Origin: Bdellovibrionales bacterium
GTDB taxonomy: Bacteria; Bdellovibrionota; Bdellovibrionia; Bdellovibrionales; UBA1609
DNA length: 64,000 bases
NCBI GenBank assembly: GCA_965261545.1
Contig: CBDHDF010000002.1
Location: 197,080 to 261,079, forward strand
Direction of reading: 5' to 3'
Position numbers and translations under genes: made by a program. The notes beneath the pieces are model-generated. The model had not been told where the DNA came from, did not search any database, and saw nothing but the letters and a program-made list of their open reading frames with translations. This document shows, piece after piece, positions 21,394 to 30,955 of this stretch; the stretch's first letter is position 1, and each line of letters starts with the position of its first letter.

Positions 21394-21634
21394 ATAAACT
21401 AAGGGATGTACTCCGTGACCTCTCAAAGGTCAAAGGGAAATTCTTCACAGTTTGGATGAAAGTCTTAAAAAATATGTGGTTATATAATTATTTAAAATAA
21501 TGATTTATATAGACTAATAATTTATATAAATTAATGGCTTGTATAAACTAAAATTATGTTAAAATTTGTATAAATGATTGAACTTTCATGGAAGCCATCA
21601 ATTTAACGATTCTATCATAAAGGAGGAGTGATAT

Positions 21635-22243
21635 ATGGAGAAGCAAAAAAAAATAAAAATTCAGGTAAAAACTCAGTTTAAAGTCGCAATAACAATAATA
21701 GGACTTATTTTTGGAATATCCCATGGAGCTTGGTCTATGGATCAGGATAAGCCCCAAGCTAGGTTCCATAAACCCCAAGCTACTAAGCTCGTATGTAATA
21801 AGTCAAATTTTAGAGACTATATTTTTTCACAAAAAAAGACCTGGAAACTTATTACGAGTACAGGCAAAGGGTGTGACTTGAGGGGGGTGAATCTTCAAGG
21901 GAAAAATCTTACAAAATCTTTTTTTATATTGTCTGACCTCAGAGAAGCTAATCTTCAAGAGGCCCGGCTTAGAGGTGCCTATCTTTCGGCCAATCTCAGT
22001 GGGGCCAATCTCAATAAGGCTGACCTCAGAGAGACGGAGCTTGTGGAGGCAGATTTGAGTGGAGCTTTCCTTTTGAAGGCGAATCTTGAAGGAGCCAACC
22101 TTGTGGGTGCCAACCTCACAGGGGCTGGCACCGAGGGGGCGAAATTTACAGGGGCTAAGTTTATGAGAAAGGGCTCAATGAGGACTCGTTTTCCAAGGAA
22201 CTTTGATCCTGAGAAAGAGAGAATGGTCGAGGTGGACCCTTAA
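21635..22243 (+). CDS. Pentapeptide-repeat protein with signal peptide
   Basis: ADLRE/ANLEG/ANLTG repeats; N-terminal IIGLIFGISHGAWS; paralogue of 28583-29302. Confidence 0.88.
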   Translation: MEKQKKIKIQVKTQFKVAITIIGLIFGISHGAWSMDQDKPQARFHKPQATKLVCNKSNFRDYIFSQKKTWKLITSTGKGCDLRGVNLQGKNLTKSFFILSDLREANLQEARLRGAYLSANLSGANLNKADLRETELVEADLSGAFLLKANLEGANLVGANLTGAGTEGAKFTGAKFMRKGSMRTRFPRNFDPEKERMVEVDP

Positions 22244-22391
22244 ACCATTGCACTCTATGGCTTTTTAGAGCTTTCTATCTAGGGCTTTAGTGACCTTCTT
22301 AGAGGCTCTTAAGAGTTTTCGATGTTCTTTTTCCTATTCCTATTTTTATTTTTCCTTGATGTCACCCTTAATAATTTATCATTGATCTCAT

Positions 22392-23651
22392 TTAAGGGTT
22401 TCCAGGGGGTTCAAGGGTTTCCAGGGCTCTTTGAAGGTCTTGTATAAGATCATCTAAGGTTTCAGTTCCCACACTGAGGCGCAGGAGATGGTCCTGAATT
22501 CCTAGCCTTTTTCGGTTTTCAAGGGGGATACTTCCATGGGTCATCGTAGCAGGGTGGTTGACCATGGATTCCACCCCCCCGAGGCTTTCTGCCAGGGAAA
22601 AGATTTGAACCTTTTGGAGGAACTTGAGAGTTTCCTGAAGTCCCCCTTTGACATAAAAGGAGACCATTCCACCAAAGCCACTCATTTGTTCTTTTGCCAA
22701 TGTGTACTGAGGGTGGGATTTGAGGCCGGGGTAGATGACTTTTTCAACTTGGGGGTGACCATCGAGGAATTCAGCCACTTCCATGGCATTTTTCTCATGA
22801 GCCCTCATTCTTAAGGGAAGGGTTTTAAGTCCTCTCATCAATAAGAAAGCGTCAAAGCTTGAGCCGATAGTTCCCATGGAGTTACTTAAAAATGCAATTT
22901 TTTCTGCAAACTCTGGGTGGGAAGTCACGACAGCTCCTCCCACGATATCGCTGTGACCGTTGATATATTTAGTGGTGGAGTGAACCACAATATTTGCTCC
23001 TAACCCTAGGGGGCGTTGAAAGTAGGGGCTCATAAATGTGTTGTCCACCACCGAGATGATGCCCCTTTGCTGAGCTTGTTGAACGACTTGACGGATATTG
23101 ATCATTTTTAAAGTGGGGTTGGTGGGAGTTTCTATCCACAGCATTTTTGTATGATCTGTGAGAGCGGACTTCAAATTGTTGGAGTCGGAGAGGTCCACAA
23201 AGGAAAAATCAATACCATTGTGGCGCAGAACTTTGTCAAACAGGCGAAAAGTTCCTCCGTAGAGATCATCACAGGCCACCACATGGTCTCCCGACTGAAG
23301 CATATGCAGCACTGTGGTTGTCGCCGCACATCCCGAGGCAAAGGAAAAGCCAAACTCACCTCCTTCAAGGCTTGCGATACAGTTTTCATAGGCTTTACGC
23401 GTGGGGTTGGAGGTGCGGCTGTACTCATAGCCTTTGTGAACACCGGGAGCTTCTTGGACATAGGTGGAGGTCAAGTAAAGGGGAGTCATAATGGCACCTG
23501 TGGTGGGGTCAGGTCCCTGGCCTGCATGGATCGCCCGGGTTTCAAAACCCATTTTATCTAGGTTGGTTTTCTGGTGAAAAGTATTTTTAGGGGAGGACTT
23601 AGAATCAGAGAATTTAGAATCATTAGAAGACCTATGGGTTTTATTTGTCAT
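22392..23651 (-). CDS. Cystathionine gamma-synthase/gamma-lyase family PLP enzyme
   Basis: FETRAIHAGQ, YEYSRTSNPTR, HSTTKYINGHSD, LAESLGGVES; MetB versus MccB/MetC not resolvable. Confidence 0.93.
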   Translation of the reverse strand: MTNKTHRSSNDSKFSDSKSSPKNTFHQKTNLDKMGFETRAIHAGQGPDPTTGAIMTPLYLTSTYVQEAPGVHKGYEYSRTSNPTRKAYENCIASLEGGEFGFSFASGCAATTTVLHMLQSGDHVVACDDLYGGTFRLFDKVLRHNGIDFSFVDLSDSNNLKSALTDHTKMLWIETPTNPTLKMINIRQVVQQAQQRGIISVVDNTFMSPYFQRPLGLGANIVVHSTTKYINGHSDIVGGAVVTSHPEFAEKIAFLSNSMGTIGSSFDAFLLMRGLKTLPLRMRAHEKNAMEVAEFLDGHPQVEKVIYPGLKSHPQYTLAKEQMSGFGGMVSFYVKGGLQETLKFLQKVQIFSLAESLGGVESMVNHPATMTHGSIPLENRKRLGIQDHLLRLSVGTETLDDLIQDLQRALETLEPPGNP

Positions 23652-23729
23652 TGAATATCTCTTTCTTCTTCTTCTTTGGTCATGTTTCTTTCTTTCTGTA
23701 GCAAGATCTTTGTCTGTGGTCGCATACCT

Positions 23730-24014
23730 TTATTTTGGTCGTACTTCTTGCCTTGGCTCTTCTAATATCTCTTTTTTGGGCTCTTCAAAATGAAGAGCTG
23801 TCAACACAGAGTTGATACAAAGAATGGGGTCTTCTGCATAAGCCATTCCCATTTGTTCCATACATTCTTTGACAAAGCTTTGTTTTGGGTTCTCCTTGAT
23901 GAGTTCTGCTGCTAGTTTTTTTAACAAGGTATGACGTTCTTGAGATGCCAATTCCACATTCCCCCCCCCTTTTCTTGTCTTCAAGATGTTTTGGCAGTAT
24001 TGCATTCCCACCAT
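23730..24014 (-). CDS. Small hypothetical protein
   Basis: 94-aa helical ORF co-oriented with the PLP lyase gene; start uncertain. Confidence 0.55.
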   Translation of the reverse strand: MVGMQYCQNILKTRKGGGNVELASQERHTLLKKLAAELIKENPKQSFVKECMEQMGMAYAEDPILCINSVLTALHFEEPKKEILEEPRQEVRPK

Positions 24015-24241
24015 GGCCTATCATAGCTCACAGTGGTCTAACACCGGCCTACGCTGAGGTCATTTATTGGCTATCATATCATTATAAGGTCAAACAATCA
24101 TAGCTTGGAGGCAGGGTTTTGACATTGTATGACATTCGTATTGGGTCATAAGTAAACGACACCTCTTGCCGTAAAAAAGAAATAAGCGTATGAGTATGTA
24201 AAGGAGTCATGGTCTAAATAATGACCAATAATTGGAACAAT

Positions 24242-24318
24242 CGGGGAGTAGCGCAGCCCGGTAGCGCATCTGCTTTGGGAGCAGAGGGTCGCAGGTTCAA
24301 ATCCTGTCTCCCCGACCA
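24242..24318 (+). tRNA. tRNA-Pro (TGG)
   Basis: CGGGGAGTAGCGCAGCCCGGTAGCGCATCTGCTTTGGGAGCAGAGGGTCGCAGGTTCAAATCCTGTCTCCCCGACCA; 77 nt. Confidence 0.97.
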
Positions 24319-25116
24319 TAATTCATTCCTGCTGTTGGCTTCAAATATCTTAGCATCAAGATGCTCTGGCCGAATCTCATCACTGGGGGTTAAAACAACC
24401 AATTGCTTGATGGTGTTTTCGAGTTCACGAATGTTGCCATTCCACTGGTAAGATTTTAAGTATTGCAAGGTCTTATACATGAGTTTTTTCTTTTCTCTCC
24501 CAGAGTGCTTGTCCATAAAATAGGTGACCAAGGGGGCAATGTCTTCGGAACGCTCTCTTAGGGAGGGAATTAAAGAGGGGGATTTGGTTCAGTCGATAAA
24601 AGAGGTCTTCCCTAAATTCCCCAGATTCAACCTTTTCCTCAAGGTTTACATGTGTTGCGGCAATCACTCGGACTTCCTAAAATTGGATCTAATTCTAGCA
24701 ATAATCTTATCAAGGGGTTCGTCTTTTTGAATGAAGTCACTCACTCCGGCCTTGAGACAAGAAATAGGAGCTTCTCGCCCCATGTCCCCTGTGCAAATAA
24801 GAACAATCAGCTTGGGGTTGATCTTGAGAATCTCTTGGGCCACCTGCTCTCCATTGAGTTTTTGGCCTTCAAAATGGTAGTCCAGAACAACGACGGCATA
24901 ATCATAGGGGTTTTCTTGGATAAGCTTTAAGGCATCCAAGGATTGTTGGGTCAGGGTGGGCTCAATGTCCAAATGGTTCTTGAACATTTTTCGAAAATTA
25001 TCAAGGACAAATTCTTGGTCATCGGCGATAAGAATTTTATAGTTCATTAAAGTGCTGCAAAGTTTACATCTAAATGGGATCAGTGACTGCATAGGATCCC
25101 ACACGGGGTGCTGCAC
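24319..25116 (-). pseudogene. NtrC-like sigma-54 response regulator, internally deleted, frameshifted and lacking its HTH
   Basis: Receiver domain (ILIADD, VVVLDY, AGVSDFIQK) fused out of frame to VRVIAATH...FREDLFYRL and [12 protein letters not shown]; Walker A/GAFTGA region absent; frame runs into the antisense tRNA. Confidence 0.85.
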
Positions 25117-25810
25117 TTTGTACTCCCAGTTTTATGGGGTCCACCTCAATAGATCCTTTAAAGAATTTCGTAAATCTTCACAGAACCACATTATCAAATA
25201 TCATATCTAAATCAATATTTTTGGTAACTGCTCGCACCCCTTCTACACCAGACTTTTAGCCTAAAGACCATTTTTATACTAAAGTATTGATTCTCAAGCC
25301 TCCCCATTTAATAATTCTTTCGTGAATACAAGAAAACAATCCTTACGAAGCGAAATTGAAAACCTCCAGAAGGAATCTAAGAAGATTCTTTCTGACAAGA
25401 GTATCCCACGAGAGACTAAACTATTTATTCAGTCCATGCTGACCATTCTCACAGTTGTAGTGACTTTATTTTTGGAAAAAAAGACTCGTAAAAACTCCAG
25501 CAATAGTGGGCTGCCCCCTTCTCAGAACTCTGGTAGCAATGGGAACCGTAATAAGGAAGGGGCTGAGGAAGACAGCAAGAAAGGATCAAGGCTCGATAAC
25601 AGTAAGGACACAGAGAGCAAGGAAACAGTGTCTCCATCAAATTGCTCTAAATGTGGGGCCGATTTGAAGGAAACTGAGATGAAAGGCTCCGAAGAGCGTA
25701 AAAAAATTGATATTCTCTATGAGATAAACACCCACACTGTCACCTCTGAAATCAAAGAGTGCCATGAATGTGGTACAGAAAACAAAGGCCCATTCCCAGA
25801 GGGCATAGAT

Positions 25811-27227
25811 CAATGCCGTTTCCTTAAGCCACCACACCCCTCTGCCTCTGCGTTAAGCTATTTCTTTTAAAAGAACTCCCAGCCCTTTTGATAGACCTTT
25901 CATAGCTTCTTTTGAAGTGCCTCCTCTTCTCCATTGAAATCTTCATCAGCAACTTTATCTGCTTCCTAAATTTCTGATAGAGCCCCGCAACAAAAAGGGG
26001 GATGCTATCCATTATGAAATCAAGAATCAGTTTAAAGTTAGGTTTTTTGTAGTCATTTTTTACCAACTGATTCACACTGTCTTCATCCTCATTTATGCTC
26101 ATTTGAATCTTTGTATAATTGAAGAGCCAAAAATAAGAATACAGCTCTTGCAATATTCCATTAAGGCTTGTTGAGTGCCACTGCTCCATTTTCATTGTCG
26201 ATGTAAAATCACGAAATGTCGTTTCTATTTCCCAACGACGAGAGTAAAGAGCAACCATATCCTTCTTGTCCAAGGAGCCATGCGGAAGATTAGTGGCCAA
26301 AACAGAGAACTCCCCAGTCTTTGGGTTTTTATACTTATAGAGATGAATGACCACCCCCTCAATAACCATTTGTGAATACCAACCTGGGCCATTAAATAAA
26401 TTTACGATGGGGATAAAAGTAGAGCCTCGCTTACAACGCGCAATAAAGAAGTTACTGGCTTGAGCATGGGCCTTAATAATCTCTGTAGATAAATAAAGCC
26501 TATCGTAGAGAGTTATGCTATTACTCTCAAAACTACCTATCATTTGAATAGCATTGGCGATTTCGTTGAGAGCGGGAGAAAAGCAAAGATTCTTTGTCAC
26601 ACCCGATAAAACGTCATAAGCATGAGATAGATACATACGTAAGAAATGAGTTTCCATCTCATTTGGGCAAGGGTACCCACAATAACCCTCCTTTAAAAGA
26701 TCTTTAGAGCGAGGAAGTGCTAATTGGTCGCCATCTATGGCATAGATATAAAAGCCATGAAACGTTTTTCTCAATGGTTCGTAGTCTGTAATCAGAGATT
26801 CAAAGATATTTTTAAAAAATAGGTAAGAAATACTTTGACGTATCTTGCTGAGACTGCTTTTGACTGGCATGAGAAGCAGGTCACCAAAATGAGTCCATAC
26901 CGTCTTAAGAGCGATTTGGTAGCCTTCGTAATTTGTTCCGGAAATAAGATAGATAATAGTAAAAAAGAAAATTTGAGGATTAAATTTTCGATTCCTTTTT
27001 TGTTTTTCTGGATCGACAAGGTGCTCTGGCTTGAAGGAAGAATCAAGTTTTGGTAGAATAAAATGGTCATCTGTGACGCGAACTCGTCATTTGGGGGCTT
27101 TCGAGATCAATATTGGATTGCATGTGACTTACTCCTTGGTTGAGGGTTGGGTGTAAAATAAAACAAGTCTTATTCTTGTCGATTTATCTAATAATTTCAA
27201 GAGATTTTTCTTAAGGAAACGGCATTG
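25811..27227 (-). mobile_element. IS4-family element A, copy 2 (1417 bp)
   Basis: IR CAATGCCGTTTCCTTAAG; 10-bp TSD GGGCATAGAT; empty site visible at 63288-63297 in the second IS66. Confidence 0.96.
25824..27086 (-). CDS. IS4-A transposase; frame open from 27086 but first ATG at 26870
   Basis: AIDGD, LYDRLY, YSRRWEIETTFR motifs; upstream in-frame KQKRNRKFNPQIFF segment has no ATG/GTG/TTG. Confidence 0.85.
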   Translation of the reverse strand, partial: RVRVTDDHFILPKLDSSFKPEHLVDPEKQKRNRKFNPQIFFFTIIYLISGTNYEGYQIALKTVWTHFGDLLLMPVKSSLSKIRQSISYLFFKNIFESLITDYEPLRKTFHGFYIYAIDGDQLALPRSKDLLKEGYCGYPCPNEMETHFLRMYLSHAYDVLSGVTKNLCFSPALNEIANAIQMIGSFESNSITLYDRLYLSTEIIKAHAQASNFFIARCKRGSTFIPIVNLFNGPGWYSQMVIEGVVIHLYKYKNPKTGEFSVLATNLPHGSLDKKDMVALYSRRWEIETTFRDFTSTMKMEQWHSTSLNGILQELYSYFWLFNYTKIQMSINEDEDSVNQLVKNDYKKPNFKLILDFIMDSIPLFVAGLYQKFRKQIKLLMKISMEKRRHFKRSYERSIKRAGSSFKRNSLTQRQRGVVA

Positions 27228-28278
27228 GGGCATAGATGGACCGATCCAATATGGTATTGGAATTAGGGCCTCAATTATTAATTTTATTGTCATTCAAATG
27301 ATGTCTCTCCAGCGTGTTGGTGAACACTACAAGGGTCTCGTTGGCCGCTTTATCTCACCCTCAACCATGTTGAAGTATATTTCTCAACTGAGCGAATCTC
27401 TTCAAGAGTGGGAACAATGGGCAAAACAACAAATCCTTGAGTCTGTGGTCATTCATGTTGACGAAACCTCCATGAGAGTCAATAAGAAGAACTACTGGAT
27501 TCATACTTATAGCTGTGGTGATCTTACATTGCAGTTCATCCATCCTTCCCGTGGAAAAGATGCCATCAAAGATATTGGCATATTGGACAGGTATGGAGGT
27601 ATCTTGGTACATGACTGTTGGAGTCCCTATTTTTCTTATACAGATATGCTTCATGCTCTGTGTGTTGCCCATCTTCTTAGGGAATTGAAATTTGTGGAGG
27701 ATAGCTCTGGTTCGAAATGGGCCACCAATCTGAAAAAACTTCTTCAGGAAGCTGTTGAATTGGTCCAAAAAAGAAAATCTAAGATATTGACTCGAAAGGA
27801 GTATCAAACTCTTCAGAGGAGGTATAGGAATATTCTCACAAGGGCTTTAAAGGAGCTTCCTCCCTTTCCAGAGAAGAATGGTAAAAAAGGACGAGTGAAA
27901 CATACAGATGCTCAAAATCTTTGGCTCCGCTTTAAAAAATATGAAGCAGAAATCCTTCTCTTTGCCAAAGTGAAAGAGGTGGACCCAACCAACAACAGAG
28001 CCGAGCGAGACTTGAGAATGAATAAGGTGAAAAAGAAAGTATCAGGTTGCTTCAGGACAGCAAAAATGGCAAAGCACTTTTGTCGGATTACCAGTTATGT
28101 CAAGACTATGAGAAACAAGGGGTTCTCTTCCTTAGAGGCCATCAATATGGCTCTCAAGGGAGAAATTCCTATGTAAGGTGCGAGCAGTTACTATTTTTGT
28201 AACAATTATTTTATAACAAAGGATAACCCCTTGGAGAGATAACCCTTGGAGAGATAATCTATTGGAAGGAGAAGTTCT

Positions 28279-28550
28279 ATGGCCATCTTGGACAAGCAAG
28301 TTAAGTCTATTACTGAAAACCTATGGAGTTTGTTGTTCCAAAGGGCATGGAACCTAAAGAAAGGGCTGAGGTTGCCAAAAAGGCTGGCCTGAGTCCTGAA
28401 ACGCTACGCACCATGTCTGGAAGAAAATCCGTTAATGCTGATACTTTGGTGCGCCTTCTTATAGCCCGTGGAGTCAATCCAAACCTTCTTTCAAACCTCC
28501 CTTATTTGGAACCCCCCAAAGTAGGTGGCTTCTTCTTTCTTTTGTCATGA
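28279..28550 (+). pseudogene. Small HTH (XRE-like) protein, possibly frameshifted near codon 16
   Basis: AAGGAG RBS + ATG at 28279 in a different frame from ...RAEVAKKAGLSPETLRTM (HTH-like, ORF 28323-28550). Confidence 0.5.
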
Positions 28551-28582
28551 AATAGTAACCAAGGTTGGACTTCAACCATTAA

Positions 28583-29302
28583 TCAAGGTTGGGCTTCAAC
28601 CATTCCTCTATCTATAGGGTTGCCAAAGCCATCTGGGAAATGAGTTTTCTCTGCTCCTTTTTTAACAAATCTGGCTCCCGTAAGAATAGCTCCTTCGAGA
28701 TGAGCCCCTGCGAGATTGGCCTCTCGGAGATCAGCTTCTTTGAGGTTAGCCTTTTTGAGGTGAGCCCCTCTGAGATTGGCTCCCATGAGGTTAGCCTTAT
28801 AAAGGTCAGCGTCTGTAAGATCGGCTATATAGAGATGAGCCCATATAAGCTGAGCCCCTTTGAGATCAGCTCCTCTTAATTTAGCTCCTGTGAGATGAGC
28901 TTTATAGAAATCAGCCTCTTTGAGATCGGCCCGTGTGAGGTGAGCTTTTGTGAGATCAGCCCCCGTGAGGTTAGCCCATGTGAGATTGGCTTCTGTGAGG
29001 TCAGCACCTCTGACATCAGCCCTATAGAGGTTGGCCACTCGGAGATCAGCTCTTATGAGATTCGCTACTCTGAGGTCAGCCTTATAGAGATTGGCCCCTA
29101 TGAGATTCGCTCCCTTGAGGTAACAACCTCTTTGAGTTCTACTAAGGAGGTCATCCATTTTTTCTTTGGAAAAAACATACTCCTTAAAGGTTGACTTATT
29201 ACACTCGTATAAAATTTCGTTTTGATTGGCGGACCAAACCCCATGGGTTGTTCCGAGAAGAAATCCTACACTCATTGTTATAATTTTTATTTGATTCTTC
29301 AT
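28583..29302 (-). CDS. Pentapeptide-repeat protein with signal peptide
   Basis: About 25 A(D/N)LxG-type pentapeptides; GGAGG RBS; shares CNKSxF and GCxL with 21635-22243. Confidence 0.92.
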   Translation of the reverse strand: MKNQIKIITMSVGFLLGTTHGVWSANQNEILYECNKSTFKEYVFSKEKMDDLLSRTQRGCYLKGANLIGANLYKADLRVANLIRADLRVANLYRADVRGADLTEANLTWANLTGADLTKAHLTRADLKEADFYKAHLTGAKLRGADLKGAQLIWAHLYIADLTDADLYKANLMGANLRGAHLKKANLKEADLREANLAGAHLEGAILTGARFVKKGAEKTHFPDGFGNPIDRGMVEAQP

Positions 29303-29423
29303 AATTCCCTCCCTCTTTGTTGTTTGTTGTCCCTCTTTTGTCGAGAAGACTCTTGATGGATTTTCGCTCCAAAGCTTCTGCCCCCATGGATAAGGCAGTC
29401 ATGAATTTCTTGAAATCTAATAA

Positions 29424-29492
29424 TCAAGGTTGAACTCCAATCATTCCCCTCTCTAAAGGATTGCCAAAACTATATGGGAAATAAGTATCGAA
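29424..29492 (-). pseudogene. 3' remnant of a further pentapeptide-family paralogue
   Basis: Reads FDTYFPYSFGNPLERGMIGVQP*, compared with THFPDGFGNPIDRGMVEAQP* at the end of 28583-29302. Confidence 0.7.
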
Positions 29493-30955
29493 TTATTTTT
29501 TCTTCTTATATAATTAATATGTGCATAGATGAAATTTCATGTCAACATGCGAGATATAGATATCATTGTAAGATACAAGAGAAAATTTTTCTAAACTTTT
29601 GATATAATTCATTCTGAAGTTACGACTCTTTCATGGTTTTCCGTCGAGGTTATTAGGGCGTGTCCTCATTTTAGCCGGGACTGTAAAAATAATTGTGTAA
29701 CTGCAATTTTTTTCTTAAATCTTAAAGCCACTTATGTGGCTCCACTCCTAGTAAAAAGCACAGCCCCATATTATTCGTCAATGTATAATTGACATTTTTT
29801 CCTTCAAGCGATTTTGTCAGTCACAATGCATTATAATTTAATGGGGAGATGGAGCCGTAATGGGATCATATCAGAACTGGAAAGAACTCAAATAAATAAT
29901 TATCATCTTGATTGGAAAAAAATCAGCAATAGCTCTCTCAAAAAAATGGAAATTCCAATCTCATCAAAGGGTTCATGTGTTTAGGTTCCCATACTATATT
30001 ACCCCCTTTTTTTTATTTTTTTTAACTTGGGATATTCGAGAAATACCAGCATTGGGATGAAACATGAAAAAAAATGGAAACCCAAATCTGCACCAAGAGG
30101 GCATGTATTTAGGTTCCCATACTATATTACCCTAACCATAGTCTCGGTATTCCAGTACTTCTGTCAACGCCTTAGAGGGGCTTTTAAGCCCCCTTATAAG
30201 GCAGGTGGTGGACCTTATTAAAAAACTTAGTTGTCAAAACGGTCACCGTATTCAATGGCAAACCTGTTCATGGCTGGCTTCCAGTTGTGTAATGGTCGTG
30301 TCCATCGCTTAGAGGCCATTTTTATCGCTAAATATACAACTTTTAAAGCCGACCGATCACTGGGAAATATCTTACGATTTCTGATCGCCTTGCGGATCAC
30401 GCTATTTAACGACTCTATGGCGTTTGTGGTATAAAAAATCTTTCTGATTTCATCCGGATAATCGAAAATAGTGATGAGATTGTCCCAATTCCTACGCCAA
30501 GACTTTTCAATATTCGGATACTTTGAAGACCACTTGGTACAAAATTCCTCAAGGGCCTTTTCAGCTTCTGTCAGAGTCGTAGAGCCATAAATGGACTTGA
30601 GGTCTTGGGCGACAGCTTTCATATCCTTGGAAGGGACATAGCGAAGGGAATTGCGGACCATATGGACAATGCACAGTTGCACTTTAGACTTGGGAAAAGC
30701 CGCTGAAATGGCTTGAGGAAAACCTGTAAGACCATCTACAGAAAATATAAATACGTCTTTCAACCCTCGATTTTGCAGCTCAGTCAAAACACTCAACCAA
30801 AACTTTGAACCCTCATTTTCAGAAATCCATAGGCCCAACAAGTCTTTCTGACCCTCCTCTGTAATACCAAGAGCTAGGTAAATCGCCTTATTAATAACTC
30901 TCTTGTCTTGATGGACCTTCACCACGATACAGTCCAAAAATACGATAGGGTAAGT

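Larger units (their letters stand above)
25322..28176 (+). pseudogene. IS66 transposase split by IS4-A
   Basis: RKNSSNSGLPPS, CxxC...CxxC zinc finger, IHVDETS, VHDCW, LCVAHLLREL, TNNRAERDLR. Confidence 0.92.
25224..28191 (+). mobile_element. IS66-family element (single-ORF type), copy 1, interrupted by IS4-A
   Basis: IR GTAACTGCTCGCACC; 8-bp TSD TATTTTTG; 1541 bp after removing the insert. Confidence 0.95.

Noticed and set aside
28589-29194. Plus-strand ORFs with EISPCEIG repeats
   Set aside because: Antisense shadows of the pentapeptide-repeat gene.
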